A stretch of 64,000 bases of DNA from an uncultured delta proteobacterium (lineage in GTDB: Bacteria; Desulfobacterota; RBG-13-43-22). Positions within the stretch are counted from its first letter, which is position 1, and each line of letters opens with the position of its first letter. This document shows, piece after piece, positions 31,701-42,670 of this stretch. Made by a program: the position numbers and the translations under genes. The notes under the pieces were generated by a model. The model saw nothing but the letters and a program-made list of their open reading frames with translations, ran no database searches and had not been told where the DNA came from. The stretch covers positions 352,001 through 416,000 of the forward strand of contig CAWBOS010000012.1 of assembly GCA_963790475.1 (NCBI GenBank). The letters are read 5' to 3'.

Positions 31701-31727
31701 AAAAAAGAGGCCCGAGGGCCTCTTTTT
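31701..31727. terminator. Bidirectional intrinsic terminator
   Basis: AAAAAAGAGGCCC-G-AGGGCCTCTTTTT between convergent genes. Confidence 0.8.
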
Positions 31728-31769
31728 GACGGATTATTAGGTTATTTTTATCCCATTCCTGTGTCCCTA

Positions 31770-33494
31770 TCAATTAGCCAGCTTTTTGGCCTTGGTCAAA
31801 AATTCATCCAGCCGTTTCCGGATAGCGATCTTGTCGTACTTGCCCACGCTGGTTTTGGGTATGTCATCATAAAAGCCGACAAAGACGGGGAGCATCCAAC
31901 GGGTTATCTTGCCTTTGGCTACGCCTTCTTCTTCTAAAAATTTCCAGACATCTTCTGCTGTAACCTGGGCACCGGGCACCAATTTAATCATGGCCATTGG
32001 CCGTTCTCCCCACTTCTCATCAGGGACACCAACATAGGTGGCTTCCAGAACAAAGTCGGCATTGGCGGTCAGGTTCTCCAGAAGTACGGTGGGGACCATC
32101 TCGGCACCGCTCCGGATGACGTCGGTTATCCGATCGGCGATAATGATGTAGCCGTCCGTGTCCACTTTGGCGGCGTCACCGGTATGGAACCAGCCGTCCC
32201 GCCAGGCGGCGGCGGTCTTCTCCGGGTCGTCGAAATATTGTTCCATAATCCAGTGACCTCTCAGGATGATTTCACCCATGGTCTGGTTGTCGTGGGGCAC
32301 CGGTTTTCCATCCTCACCGATCACTTCAGCTTCGATGCCCATTGCCGGTAGACCGGTTTTGACCCTGACCTGATCCAGATCCTCTTTGCTCCAATTGACC
32401 ATGTAGCGTTTAATGGCCGTATTCAAGACCCCGGCTGCGGTTTCAGTCATCCCATATCCCGAAGCGGCGGTTATCCCGGGGAAGACCTTCTCTGCCTTGG
32501 CTTTCAAACCAAAGGGCAGTGCGGCCCCGCCGGCCACGATAGAGGTCAGGCTGCTCAAGTCATACTTGTTGAAGTCGGGATATTCCAGGAGCATGGCCAG
32601 CATAGTCGGCACTACCGCCGTGCTGGTCACTTTCTCTCTTTCCACCAGCTCACAGAAACTCTCCGGGGTAAACCGGCTGGGGAAGACGATCTTACAGCAG
32701 GTAAACACGTAATACCAGGGTGCTCCCCAGGCATGGATGTGAAAAAGCGGGATATTCACCAATGGCACATTAATCACCGGATCCGGGGGGTCGCTGGGCA
32801 GCCTCGGAGCCATTTGAATACCGGCAATCAGGTGGACGCTCTGCAGATAGAGTTGACGGTGGTTAAAGGTGACCCCCTTAGGCAGGCCGGTCGTGCCGGT
32901 CGTGTAATAGAGGACCGCCGGGGTATCTTCAGACAAATACGGCCAATCAAATTCCTTGGGTTGATTTTTGATCAACTCTTCGTATTCGTAAAGGGGTTCC
33001 ACTTTGCTTTGGGGTTTTCCCGGGCGGTCGGACATATAGACAAACATTTTGACCGTGGATTTTATTCTATCGTAAATCATCTCCACCAGAGGGAGGATCA
33101 GGTCGTCGACAAAAATGACCTTGTCTCCGGAGTGGGTTATGGTGTGAACCATATGATCTAGTGAAAGGCGCATATTGATCGGGTGGGCAACCGCGCCGAT
33201 ACAGGTGGGTGCGTAGCAAAGTTCCAGGTGCCGATGGTGATTGAGGGCCATGGTGGCCACCCGGTCGCCGGGCTCCCCCGGCTTTCCCGGCTTGATTCCC
33301 AATTCCAATAGAGCCTGGGCCAACCGGCAGGTCCGCTCGTACCACTGCCGCCAGGTAAATCTGAAATATTCACCGGCATCATTCCGATAGACGATGCCGA
33401 TATCCTCCGGATACAGGTTCACCGGCCTTTTCATGAAGGAGGTTAAAAGCAAGGGATACCTTGAACTGAATTCGGGAAATGTATTTTTTGCCAT
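31770..33494 (-). CDS. Acyl-CoA synthetase (AMP-binding)
   Basis: YYTTGTTGLPKGV, GYGMTET, WFHTGD, PKTSVGK. Confidence 0.92.
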   Translation of the reverse strand: MAKNTFPEFSSRYPLLLTSFMKRPVNLYPEDIGIVYRNDAGEYFRFTWRQWYERTCRLAQALLELGIKPGKPGEPGDRVATMALNHHRHLELCYAPTCIGAVAHPINMRLSLDHMVHTITHSGDKVIFVDDLILPLVEMIYDRIKSTVKMFVYMSDRPGKPQSKVEPLYEYEELIKNQPKEFDWPYLSEDTPAVLYYTTGTTGLPKGVTFNHRQLYLQSVHLIAGIQMAPRLPSDPPDPVINVPLVNIPLFHIHAWGAPWYYVFTCCKIVFPSRFTPESFCELVEREKVTSTAVVPTMLAMLLEYPDFNKYDLSSLTSIVAGGAALPFGLKAKAEKVFPGITAASGYGMTETAAGVLNTAIKRYMVNWSKEDLDQVRVKTGLPAMGIEAEVIGEDGKPVPHDNQTMGEIILRGHWIMEQYFDDPEKTAAAWRDGWFHTGDAAKVDTDGYIIIADRITDVIRSGAEMVPTVLLENLTANADFVLEATYVGVPDEKWGERPMAMIKLVPGAQVTAEDVWKFLEEEGVAKGKITRWMLPVFVGFYDDIPKTSVGKYDKIAIRKRLDEFLTKAKKLAN

Positions 33495-33713
33495 TATATT
33501 AAATTGCTCCCTTCATTATGTTTTTTCCATAAATTGAATATTCCAAAAGTGACCATTTATTTAGGTCTGATTATAAAAAAAGCCTCTGAATATTGGATAA
33601 ATGGATTGAAATAAAGAATTTCTATTTAAGTTGGCGCAGGAATGATTGTCAAGCTAAAATTAAAACCCCGACTTATTGAAACAAGCGGACTTTTCAGGCG
33701 GGACAATATCTTC

Positions 33714-33742
33714 TTGACACCCCCCAAGGTCTTTTTTATACT
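33714..33742 (+). promoter_or_regulatory. Sigma70 promoter
   Basis: TTGACA-17bp-TATACT. Confidence 0.6.
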
Positions 33743-33885
33743 TTAGCCTTTCGATTGAGATAAAGCCAAAGACGAGGATTGGCTTGGCGGAGAAATAACC
33801 CTTTTTCTCAAGGTGTGCGGGGATGCCTTTTTACCGGGAACAAGGGTTTGAGAAAAATAAAGAGGGAAAGAAGGGAGGTAAATGA

Positions 33886-34125
33886 ATGCCCCAAAGTGAA
33901 TATGTAAAACTTTTTGAGTACATCGAAACCCAAGTCGCTCAATTGGGCGGAGGGGTAAAAAGAGGGGTAATAACGAAGAAGGAGCTTGAGGGGGCTCAAG
34001 AAATCAGGGTGTCCATACGACCGACTAACCACATCGGCAGCACGGAGCTCTTTACCCTTCGGAAGCTGGACCCCGAAGAATATCATCTGATGCTTGTCGC
34101 AGTTCCAAGAAAAAAAAAGAAGTAG
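33886..34125 (+). CDS. Small hypothetical protein
   Basis: GGAGG RBS, own promoter, 79 aa. Confidence 0.65.
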   Translation: MPQSEYVKLFEYIETQVAQLGGGVKRGVITKKELEGAQEIRVSIRPTNHIGSTELFTLRKLDPEEYHLMLVAVPRKKKK

Positions 34126-34274
34126 TGTTTGTTGACCAACTTAACATTAGTATAAGATGTCCTGAAACGCCCATGGAAGAGGCTGCTTTTCTGCAAAAGA
34201 AGAAATTGTATCCTGTCTGGTTTCCATTAGGATTTAATCAGAAACCTTAACTAGCCTAACTGAAGGAGGTTCCT

Positions 34275-35765
34275 ATGATTAGGACAATAAAACAGTATGT
34301 GGAAAGCCTAAATGATGGAAGAGAGATTTATCTCGAGGGGAAAAAGATACCCGATATCACCAAAGACCCGTTTTTCAGGGGAGGGATCAACGCCAGGGCC
34401 TACTCCTATGAACTTTGTAATCACCCGGCCTTTAAAGACCTGCTCACCTTAGGAGAGGGCAAGGACAAATACCTGTTCCTCTGGAACCAGCCCAAGACGA
34501 AGGAAGATCTTATAAGACGGAGGGACGTTTATATCACCTGTATGCGCTGGGGTGCCGCTATGAGCGGCATGGGACCGGATGCCCTGGCCGCCTCCGGGGT
34601 TACCGCGGCGAGATGCGATAAAGCTTTGGGAACTCATTATACGGATGCGGTTGAGGATTACCGCAAGCATTTGAGAGAAACAGACCCGGCCATTACCGGG
34701 GCTATTACCGACGTCAAGGGAAACCGAAGTCTTCGGCCCTCGGCCCAGGAACAGCACAAGGATTTCTATGTGCGGGTGGTAGACAGGCAGAAAGACGGGA
34801 TTTATGTCCAGGGGGCCAAGATTCATATCAGCGCCACCCCGACTTGTAATGAATTGATCGTTTCCCCTTCTCGTGCCCACCGTGAGGAGGATAAGGATTA
34901 TGCCCTGGTTTTCGCCACTCCGGTGAATGCCCCGGGCATTAAACTCATTACCACGCCCCCCCATGTCCATGATGTCGATGACGAAGAAGCGGTCTGGAAT
35001 TGGCCGTTACATGGACGGGGGAAAGGAGTCAGTGAATGTCTGATCGTTTTTGACAATGTTTTTGTCCCCTGGAACAGGGTTTTTCTGTGTGGCGAATATC
35101 AGTTTTCCCGGGATCAGGCCTGGATGTTCGGCGTTTTCCATCGGCTTTTCGGTACCTGCCATAAGGTCATATCCACCGAAGAGGCGGCCGGCGCCGCGGC
35201 CCTGATGGCCGAATATAACGGTCTGGATCGCTATCCCCACATCCAGGAAAAGCTGGCCTGGCTGGCCATGCACGCCCAACTGGTGGATGCCATGTCCAGG
35301 GCCGGCGTCGAGCATCCTGATATTTTCCCGGATATCGGTTTGGCCACTCCCGGCCAGATGTATACCAATATCGCCAAATACCTTTTTGCTAATGATCAAC
35401 ATGAGCAATCCAAGGTCCTGGCGGATATTGCCGGCGGGTTGGCCACCACGGTCTTTTCCTATAAGGATTGGATGAATCCGGAAGAAAGGCCCTATATTGA
35501 AAAATATCTGGCCGGAAAAGATGGCATTCCGACGGAACACCGGCTTAAGGCCTTTCGCCTGGTCAAAGATTTAGTCGGGCATGGTCTGGATGGGGCCTAT
35601 ATTCACACCGAAGGTTCCCTGGCGGCGCAGAAAATGGCCATCTTTGCCAATACTCCCTGGGAAAAATATAAGGCCATTGCCAAAAGAGTTGCCCATATCC
35701 CGGGTTGGGAAAAGGATCCCGATTTAAAAGATCTGCCCCCGCTTCCGACTAAATGGGTTATCTAA
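34275..35765 (+). CDS. HpaB/4-hydroxybutyryl-CoA dehydratase-family flavoprotein
   Basis: QYVESLNDGR, TDVKGNRS, GAKIHIS, FDNVFVPWNRVF, HRLFGTC, HTEGS. Confidence 0.88.
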   Translation: MIRTIKQYVESLNDGREIYLEGKKIPDITKDPFFRGGINARAYSYELCNHPAFKDLLTLGEGKDKYLFLWNQPKTKEDLIRRRDVYITCMRWGAAMSGMGPDALAASGVTAARCDKALGTHYTDAVEDYRKHLRETDPAITGAITDVKGNRSLRPSAQEQHKDFYVRVVDRQKDGIYVQGAKIHISATPTCNELIVSPSRAHREEDKDYALVFATPVNAPGIKLITTPPHVHDVDDEEAVWNWPLHGRGKGVSECLIVFDNVFVPWNRVFLCGEYQFSRDQAWMFGVFHRLFGTCHKVISTEEAAGAAALMAEYNGLDRYPHIQEKLAWLAMHAQLVDAMSRAGVEHPDIFPDIGLATPGQMYTNIAKYLFANDQHEQSKVLADIAGGLATTVFSYKDWMNPEERPYIEKYLAGKDGIPTEHRLKAFRLVKDLVGHGLDGAYIHTEGSLAAQKMAIFANTPWEKYKAIAKRVAHIPGWEKDPDLKDLPPLPTKWVI

Positions 35766-35785
35766 TTTAACAAGAGAACTGGTTA

Positions 35786-35823
35786 AGGAAGCCCCGGCTT
35801 GCAAGGCGGGGCTTCCTGTTTTT
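35786..35823 (+). terminator. Intrinsic terminator
   Basis: AGGAAGCCCCG...CGGGGCTTCCT followed by a T run. Confidence 0.8.
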
Positions 35824-36034
35824 AAATGTTTTTCTTAAGCGGTGGTTCTTTTTTCCCGACGGGGTCAACCCCGAGCAGTAAACAAACCCCAGCCTTCTTC
35901 ATTTGCCGCATTGGCCAATTTCTCCCTGGTTTCTGCCGGAACCAATCCTTATTTCCCGGATACCTGGTGAGCCCCAATTTTCTATAGTTTTAGTTGCCGG
36001 AATTCTTAAAGTTGAGTAGAGGGAATAATTTTCC

Positions 36035-36085
36035 TTGACAAGGCAACCGACACAATGTTACTTAGGATCGCTAAATTAATTAGCG
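36035..36085 (+). promoter_or_regulatory. Promoter and palindromic operator of ABC operon 1
   Basis: TTGACA at 36035; CGCTAA-ATTAA-TTAGCG at 36069-36085. Confidence 0.55.
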
Positions 36086-36217
36086 TTAATTAATAAATGA
36101 AAATATTGATAAGACTATTATCCTAACCTTGGAATAAATGGAGCCTTGATGCGATCAAGGGGGGGCAGCGGTCAAGTTGCCGGAGTAGTAAAAAAAACCA
36201 ATCCACGAGGAGTCTGA

Positions 36218-37009
36218 TTGAAGGCCCAAACCCAAAAAGATAACTCCATCCTCAGCATTCGCCAGGTCACCATGAAATTCGGAGGTATCATCGGCTTATT
36301 AGAGGTCTCTTTCGATGTGGAAGAGGGTTTTATCGTCGGCTTGATCGGACCGAACGGTTCCGGGAAAACCACTTTGTTCAACTGCCTCAGTTGTCTGTAT
36401 CGGCCCAGTGAAGGAGAAATTTTGTTTCAGGGAAAGCCGATTTTAGGTCTGTCTCCCCACCATATCCCTGAAATCGGTCTGGGTCGCACCTTCCAAAATC
36501 TGGCGTTGTTTCCAACTCTGTCTGTCCTCCAGAATGTCATGATCGGCATGCACAGTCGATCCAAAGGGGGGTTCTTCAGCAATTCCCTTAGACTGCCTAT
36601 GGTCAAAAGTGAAGAACAAAAAATTAAAAACAAGGCCAGGGAACTGCTTGCTCTTATGGAGCTTGAATCAGTGGCCGATCATCCGGCGGTTGGTTTGCCC
36701 TTTGGGACCTTAAAAAGGGTGGAACTGGCCCGAGCTCTGGCCAGCGAACCCAAACTCCTGTTGTTGGATGAACCGGCCGGGGGGCTCAATCATGAAGAGG
36801 TTGGAGAATTAAGTAATTTGATCCGAAATTTTCGAGACAAAAGAGGCATAACTATTTTACTGGTTGAACACCACATGAATCTGGTTATGCAGGTTTCCGA
36901 CAAAGTGGTTGTTCTGAACTTTGGGCAAAAAATAGCCGAGGGCACACCGGAAGAAGTACAAAAAAATTCGGAAGTCATCCAGGCTTACCTTGGGAATGGG
37001 CATAAATGA
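36218..37009 (+). CDS. Liv-type ABC ATP-binding protein (LivG-like)
   Basis: GPNGSGKTT, LLDEPAGG, EHHM. Confidence 0.92.
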   Translation: MKAQTQKDNSILSIRQVTMKFGGIIGLLEVSFDVEEGFIVGLIGPNGSGKTTLFNCLSCLYRPSEGEILFQGKPILGLSPHHIPEIGLGRTFQNLALFPTLSVLQNVMIGMHSRSKGGFFSNSLRLPMVKSEEQKIKNKARELLALMELESVADHPAVGLPFGTLKRVELARALASEPKLLLLDEPAGGLNHEEVGELSNLIRNFRDKRGITILLVEHHMNLVMQVSDKVVVLNFGQKIAEGTPEEVQKNSEVIQAYLGNGHK

Positions 37010-37719
37010 CGGCACTATTAGAAATAGAAAATCTGGAAGCCAGTTATGGATGGATAAAAGTCCTGCATGGAGTAAGTTTCCAGGTGGAAAAAGGCGGGGT
37101 GACCGCCATCCTCGGGGCTAATGGGGCCGGTAAGACCACCAGTTTGCGCGCTATTTGCGGGATGGTCAAGACCTCCGGCGATATTCGCTTTAATGGGCAA
37201 CGGATCAATGGAAAAGCCACCGAAGATATTGTCCGACTTGGGATTGCCCACATCCAGGAGGGTAGGGGCACCTTTGAAAATCTCACCGTCGAGGAAAACT
37301 TGCGCCTGGGAGCTTATGCCCGAAAAGATAAAACAAATCTGGCTGGAGACATAGACCGAATGTATGAATATTTTAGGGTGTTGGGAGATCGAAAGAAACA
37401 AATGGCCGGCACTTTGAGCGGCGGCGAGCAACAGATGCTGGCCCTGGCTCGAGGGTTGATGCTGCAACCCCAACTCCTCCTGCTCGATGAACCTTCCCTG
37501 GGTCTGGCTCCCTTAATTATGCGGGAGATCTTTCGTATCGTCACTACCATCAATAAAAAGGAAGGCGTTAGTGTCCTCCTGGTCGAACAAAACGCCTCTA
37601 TGGCCCTGGATGTTGCCGATCAGGCCTATCTCCTGGAGACCGGTAGGGTGGTCTTGTCCGGTCTGGCCAGGGATTTTTTAAAAGACGATTCCATCCGGAG
37701 ATCGTATCTTGGATACTGA
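37006..37719 (+). CDS. Liv-type ABC ATP-binding protein (LivF-like)
   Basis: GANGAGKT, LSGGEQQM, DEPSLGLAP. Confidence 0.92.
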   Translation: MTALLEIENLEASYGWIKVLHGVSFQVEKGGVTAILGANGAGKTTSLRAICGMVKTSGDIRFNGQRINGKATEDIVRLGIAHIQEGRGTFENLTVEENLRLGAYARKDKTNLAGDIDRMYEYFRVLGDRKKQMAGTLSGGEQQMLALARGLMLQPQLLLLDEPSLGLAPLIMREIFRIVTTINKKEGVSVLLVEQNASMALDVADQAYLLETGRVVLSGLARDFLKDDSIRRSYLGY

Positions 37720-37721
37720 TC

Positions 37722-37855
37722 GAAGGTTCAAGGTACAAGGATTAAAGTTTTGGTTTTTGGATTTCAGACAAGTCACTAAAAATAAGGTTCAAGGTACAAG
37801 GTCTAAGGTTTAGATTTTACCTTACACCTTACACCTTACACCTTACACCTTATAC
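37722..37855. repeat. Heptamer tandem/inverted repeat (CCTTACA)
   Basis: aaggttcaaggtacaagg twice, then ccttacaccttacaccttacaccttacacct. Confidence 0.7.
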
Positions 37856-37876
37856 CAGAAATTTAAAAGGACAGCA

Positions 37877-38758
37877 TTGGAAACCCTCATTCAACAAATA
37901 ATTTCCGGCCTGGCCAGCGGAAGCATCTATGCCAGTGTGGCCCTGGCCCTGGTCATGATCTATCAGGCCACCGACGTTGTCAATTTTGCCCAGGGTGAAA
38001 TGGCGATGTTCAGTACCTACCTGGCCTGGACCCTGATTCATGCCGGCCTACCCTATTGGGTGGCTTTTTTTCTCACCGTCGGCTTGTCTTTCATAGGCGG
38101 ACTGGTGATAGAACGCCTGATCATCCGGCCGGTGGAAAGCGCACCCATCCTGACCATAGTCATTGTCTGCATGGGTTTGCTGGTTATCCTCAACAGTATC
38201 GCCGGTTGGGTCTATTCCTACCTCATCAAACCCTTTCCCAGCCCTTTCCCGAAACAACCCATGAAAATCGGCAATATTGTTTTGGCCTTCCATGATTTGG
38301 GGGCTATCGGAGTCACTCTTATCATGCTGATCTTGCTCTTTTTATTTTTTCGTTTTACCCCTCTCGGCTTGACCTTGCGGGCAGCCGCTCAGAATCCTGG
38401 ATCCAGCCGTTTGGTGGGTATTCGGGTGAGCCAAATGTTGATGCTCGGCTGGGGGTTGGCCGCCGCACTCGGGGCCGTGGCCGGTATGATGGTGGCGCCG
38501 GTAGTTTTTCTCGACCCCAATATGATGGGCGGCATTTTAATTTATGCCTTTGCCTCGGCCACCCTGGGTGGGTTTACCAGTCCCGTCGGGGCTGTTTTGG
38601 GTGGATTCATCGTCGGTATCACTGAAAATTTAGTGGGCACTTATGTTTCATTTATCGGGCCGGAACTCAAGTTAACCGTAGCCCTGGTCCTAATCATTGT
38701 TGTTCTTCTTGTAAAACCAAGCGGCCTCTTGGGAAAAGCTGTGGTCAAAAGGGTATAG
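37877..38758 (+). CDS. Liv-type ABC permease (LivH-like)
   Basis: VNFAQGE, KPSGLLG. Confidence 0.92.
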   Translation: METLIQQIISGLASGSIYASVALALVMIYQATDVVNFAQGEMAMFSTYLAWTLIHAGLPYWVAFFLTVGLSFIGGLVIERLIIRPVESAPILTIVIVCMGLLVILNSIAGWVYSYLIKPFPSPFPKQPMKIGNIVLAFHDLGAIGVTLIMLILLFLFFRFTPLGLTLRAAAQNPGSSRLVGIRVSQMLMLGWGLAAALGAVAGMMVAPVVFLDPNMMGGILIYAFASATLGGFTSPVGAVLGGFIVGITENLVGTYVSFIGPELKLTVALVLIIVVLLVKPSGLLGKAVVKRV

Positions 38759-38760
38759 AG

Positions 38761-39786
38761 ATGGAGCCTAACACGGAAAGCACCCTTTCGGGGGCAGGAG
38801 AAGGGTCTACCTATCAGGAAAAACCGGTCCAATTTTGGAAGATCGCCGGGTTGATCGCTTTGTTGGCGGCGGCCTCTCTAATCCCGTTTATGCTAAGCAG
38901 TTATCGCCTTTTTCAATTTTCCCTGGCCTATGTTTATGCCATAGCCCTCTTCGGCCTCAATTTGCTGACCGGGTACAACGGCCAGATTTCTCTGGGGCAT
39001 GGAGCTTTCTACGCCATCGGCGCCTATACCTCGGCCATTATGACGACACACTTTGGAATTTCGTATCTTTGGACCATACCGGCGGCCGGTCTGGTTTGTT
39101 TAGTCGTCGGCTTTCTCTTCGGAATTCCGGCCCTTCGCTTGGAAGGACTTTACCTGGCCCTGGCCACATTTGCCCTGGCTATTGCCACACCCCAGATCTT
39201 GAAATATTTCGAAACCTGGACCGGTGGTGTTCAGGGGATTGTTCTGGCCGAACCCCAAGCCCCTTTTGGATTGCCTCTGACCAAGGACCAATGGCTCTAT
39301 TATTTGACCTTAGCCATCCTGTTGGTCCTCTTACTGATCGGCTGGAATCTGCTTCGAGGGCGGGTCGGAAGGGCCATCATCGCCATCCGGGACAACCACA
39401 TTGCCGCCGAATCCATGGGCATCAACCTCCCCCTTTACAAATCACTCACCTTTGGGGTCAGCGCCATGTACACCGGAATGGCCGGGGCTTTAGGAGCCAT
39501 CGTAGTTCAATATGTTGCCCCCGATAGTTTTAACAGCCTGCTGTCCATTTCATTTCTTACCGGCGTGGTGATCGGGGGCCTGGCTTCCGTCTCCGGGGCG
39601 ATCTTTGGGGCCTTTTTCATTCAATTCATTCCGAACTATACCCAGGCAATCTCCGATGCGGCCCCCTGGGCCATTTATGGGAGCTTTTTAATTATCTTCA
39701 TGTACACCATGCCCACTGGGATAACTGGTTTCATCGCCGGGAAGTGGACCCGGCTCAGGCAAAAACGGTCTCTATCTAACAAATAG
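38761..39786 (+). CDS. Liv-type ABC permease (LivM-like)
   Basis: GYNGQISLGHGAF, AIRDN..AA. Confidence 0.92.
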   Translation: MEPNTESTLSGAGEGSTYQEKPVQFWKIAGLIALLAAASLIPFMLSSYRLFQFSLAYVYAIALFGLNLLTGYNGQISLGHGAFYAIGAYTSAIMTTHFGISYLWTIPAAGLVCLVVGFLFGIPALRLEGLYLALATFALAIATPQILKYFETWTGGVQGIVLAEPQAPFGLPLTKDQWLYYLTLAILLVLLLIGWNLLRGRVGRAIIAIRDNHIAAESMGINLPLYKSLTFGVSAMYTGMAGALGAIVVQYVAPDSFNSLLSISFLTGVVIGGLASVSGAIFGAFFIQFIPNYTQAISDAAPWAIYGSFLIIFMYTMPTGITGFIAGKWTRLRQKRSLSNK

Positions 39787-39824
39787 AGAAGTAATTAACC
39801 CCATTCAAAAAGAGGAGGAAAATC

Positions 39825-41045
39825 ATGGTCAGAAAACGAACGATCTTTTTATGTTTCATTACCCTCGGTCTGTTTTTGGTTAGCAGCTTGGCCTACGGAA
39901 AAGGCAAGTACGGACCCGGAGCCAGCGACACCGAAATAAAAATCGGTCATACCGGTCCCTACAGCGGGCCGGCCTCGGCTTATGGTACCATCGGCAAGGC
40001 CGAAGCGGCTTATTTCAAAATGATCAACGACAAAGGCGGAATAAACGGGCGAAAGATCAATTTTATCAGTTATGATGACGCTTACAGCCCTCCTAAAATT
40101 GTGGAGCAGGTGCGCCGACTGGTAGAGCAGGATCAGGTCTTGTTGTTGTTTCAGACCTTAGGAACCCCCAATAACACGGCCATCTGGGCTTATTGTAATA
40201 TGAAAAAGGTGCCCCAACTCTTCGTAGCCACTGGGGCCACCAAATGGGGAGATCCTAAGGGGCACCCCTGGACCATGGGTTGGCAGCCCAACTACCAGAG
40301 TGAAGGCCGGATTTATGCCAAATATATCCTCGAGAACCTGCCCAAGGCCAAGATAGGCATTCTCTACCAGAACGATGATTACGGAAAGGACTTGCTGAAA
40401 GGCTTGATGGACGGGCTGGGCAGCAAGGCAAAGGGTTTGATCGTCTCCCAACAGACCTATGAGGTCTCCGATCCCACGGTAGATTCGCAAATCGTCAACT
40501 TAAAGAACAGCGGGGCCGATGTCTTTATCAATATCACCACCCCCAAATTTGCCGCCCAGGCCATCAAAAAGGCTCATGAAATCGGCTGGAAGCCGGTTCA
40601 TTTTGTCAACCAGGTATCTAACTCCGAGGGAGCAGTGTTGAAGCCGGCCGGGTTAGAGGCCTCCAAAGGTGTGATATCCCTTTTTTACCTGAAAGATCCT
40701 GATGACCCAGAGTGGCAAAATGATCCGGCCCTTAAAGAATGGCAAGACTGGATGAAGAAATATTATCCCGATGGAAGCCTCCACGATATCTTCAATGTCT
40801 TTGGTTACACCTGCGCCCAGACCATGGTCCAGGTCCTCAAACAGTGTGGCGATGACCTGACCAGAGAAAACATCATGAGACAGGCGGCCAATCTGAAGAA
40901 CCTGGCGCAGCCCCTGTTTCTGCCGGGGATAAAGATCAATACCAGTCCTACAGACTTTTTCCCCCTGGAGCAAGAACAGCTTGGCAAATTTGACGGCCAG
41001 AAGTGGGTATTGTTTGGAAAAATAATTGATGCCCCGGTGAGGTAA
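39825..41045 (+). CDS. Liv-type ABC substrate-binding protein
   Basis: Signal peptide, [25 protein letters not shown]. Confidence 0.92.
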   Translation: MVRKRTIFLCFITLGLFLVSSLAYGKGKYGPGASDTEIKIGHTGPYSGPASAYGTIGKAEAAYFKMINDKGGINGRKINFISYDDAYSPPKIVEQVRRLVEQDQVLLLFQTLGTPNNTAIWAYCNMKKVPQLFVATGATKWGDPKGHPWTMGWQPNYQSEGRIYAKYILENLPKAKIGILYQNDDYGKDLLKGLMDGLGSKAKGLIVSQQTYEVSDPTVDSQIVNLKNSGADVFINITTPKFAAQAIKKAHEIGWKPVHFVNQVSNSEGAVLKPAGLEASKGVISLFYLKDPDDPEWQNDPALKEWQDWMKKYYPDGSLHDIFNVFGYTCAQTMVQVLKQCGDDLTRENIMRQAANLKNLAQPLFLPGIKINTSPTDFFPLEQEQLGKFDGQKWVLFGKIIDAPVR

Positions 41046-41047
41046 CC

Positions 41048-42670
41048 ATGAAAGGCTTGATGCAGGATCAACCGCTTTTGATCTCCTCTCTCATCTCCTA
41101 TGCCGGCCTGTACCACGGCGAGGTGGAAATCGTCTCCCGGACCGTAGAGGGTTCCATACACCGCTACGGCTATCAACAGGCCCATAGGCGCTCGAAGCAG
41201 GTGGCCCAGGCGCTCCTGTCCCTGGGGGTGGAACCCGGTGATCGAATTGGCACCCTGGCCTGGAACGGGTACCGGCACTTCGAGCTGTACTTCGGCATTT
41301 CCGGCCTGGGTGCGGTTATGCACACCATCAACCCCAGGCTTTTTCCGGAACAGATCGTCTACATTGCCAACCATGCCGAAGACAGCTACCTGTTCCTGGA
41401 CCTGACCTTTGTCCCCCTGGTCGAATCCATCGCCCACGAACTGGCGACGGTCAAGGGCTTCGTCATCATGACCGACGAGGCCCACATGCCCAAGACCCGG
41501 CTGCCTAATGTCTCGTGTTATGAAACCCTGATCGGAGGCCAGAGCGGCAAATATGACTGGCCTAAGTTAGACGAACAGACGGCCTCCAGCCTGTGTTATA
41601 CCTCGGGGACGACCGGCAATCCCAAAGGGGTTCTCTACTCGCACCGCTCCACCGTGCTCCACAGTTATTGTGTCTGCACGGTGGACGCCCTGGGCCTTTC
41701 CAGCAGTGAGGTGGTTATGCCCGTGGTGCCCATGTTTCACGCCAACGCCTGGGGCAATCCCTATGGGGCGGCCATGTGCGGGGCCAAGATGGTCTTCCCC
41801 GGAGACAGAATGGATGGGCAGTCTATCTACGAACTTTTGGACCAGGAGAAGGTGACCCTGACCCTGGCTGTGCCTACCGTCTGGCTGATGCTTCTCCAGT
41901 ACCTCCGGGAGACCGGCCGGAAGCTGCCCTTTCTGAAACGGGTGCTGATCGGAGGGTCGGCCGTCCCGAAGTCCATGATCCAGACCTTCGAGCAGGAATA
42001 CGATGTCCAGGTCATTCACGGCTGGGGCATGACCGAGATGAGCCCTCTGGGAACGGTTGGCACTCTGAAGTGTAAATTCCGGGACCTGCCCTATGACGAA
42101 AAGCTGAACATCAAGGCCAAGCAGGGCCGGGCCATTTACGGCGTCGATATGAAAATCGTCGATGCCCAGGGCAAAGAGCTGCCTCGGGACGGAAAGGCCT
42201 TCGGACATCTTCTGGTCCGAGGTCCCTGGATCGTCAGCGGTTATTTCAAAGGCGAAGGCGGCCGGATTATTGACGATGAAGGCTGGTTCGACACTGGGGA
42301 CGTGGCCACCCTGGACCCGGACGGTTACATGCAGATCACCGATCGGGCTAAGGATGTGATCAAGTCGGGTGGTGAGTGGATCAGCTCCATCGATCTTGAA
42401 AACGACGCCATGGGGCACCCGGGAGTAGCCGAGGCCGCGGTCATTGGTGTGCCCCATCCGAAATGGGACGAACGTCCCCTTTTGCTGGTGGTCAGAAATA
42501 ATGGGGCGGCGGTCTCCGGAGAGGAAATCCTTGACTACCTGCGGGGCCGGGTGGCCAAATGGCAGGTCCCGGACGCGGTGATCTTCGTCGAGGAACTTCC
42601 CCATACAGCCACCGGCAAACTTCTCAAAACCAAGCTGCGGGAGGATTACAAGGATTTTAAATTGCCCTGA
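41048..42670 (+). CDS. Acyl-CoA ligase (DmdB/AlkK-like)
   Basis: [37 protein letters not shown]. Confidence 0.92.
   Translation: MKGLMQDQPLLISSLISYAGLYHGEVEIVSRTVEGSIHRYGYQQAHRRSKQVAQALLSLGVEPGDRIGTLAWNGYRHFELYFGISGLGAVMHTINPRLFPEQIVYIANHAEDSYLFLDLTFVPLVESIAHELATVKGFVIMTDEAHMPKTRLPNVSCYETLIGGQSGKYDWPKLDEQTASSLCYTSGTTGNPKGVLYSHRSTVLHSYCVCTVDALGLSSSEVVMPVVPMFHANAWGNPYGAAMCGAKMVFPGDRMDGQSIYELLDQEKVTLTLAVPTVWLMLLQYLRETGRKLPFLKRVLIGGSAVPKSMIQTFEQEYDVQVIHGWGMTEMSPLGTVGTLKCKFRDLPYDEKLNIKAKQGRAIYGVDMKIVDAQGKELPRDGKAFGHLLVRGPWIVSGYFKGEGGRIIDDEGWFDTGDVATLDPDGYMQITDRAKDVIKSGGEWISSIDLENDAMGHPGVAEAAVIGVPHPKWDERPLLLVVRNNGAAVSGEEILDYLRGRVAKWQVPDAVIFVEELPHTATGKLLKTKLREDYKDFKLP

Noticed and set aside
26362-35765. 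Aerobic 4-hydroxyphenylacetate monooxygenase HpaB
   Set aside because: No HpaC reductase nearby, anaerobic context, and the TDVKGDRS motif is closer to AbfD
37722-37855. Short repeats as a CRISPR array
   Set aside because: Units are 7 bp with no unique spacers and there are no cas genes; the same holds for the other heptamer arrays
41567-42604. Long antisense ORFs (also 53589-54581, 55527-56582, 40805-41485 and similar)
   Set aside because: They shadow well-supported genes on the opposite strand and carry no recognisable motifs
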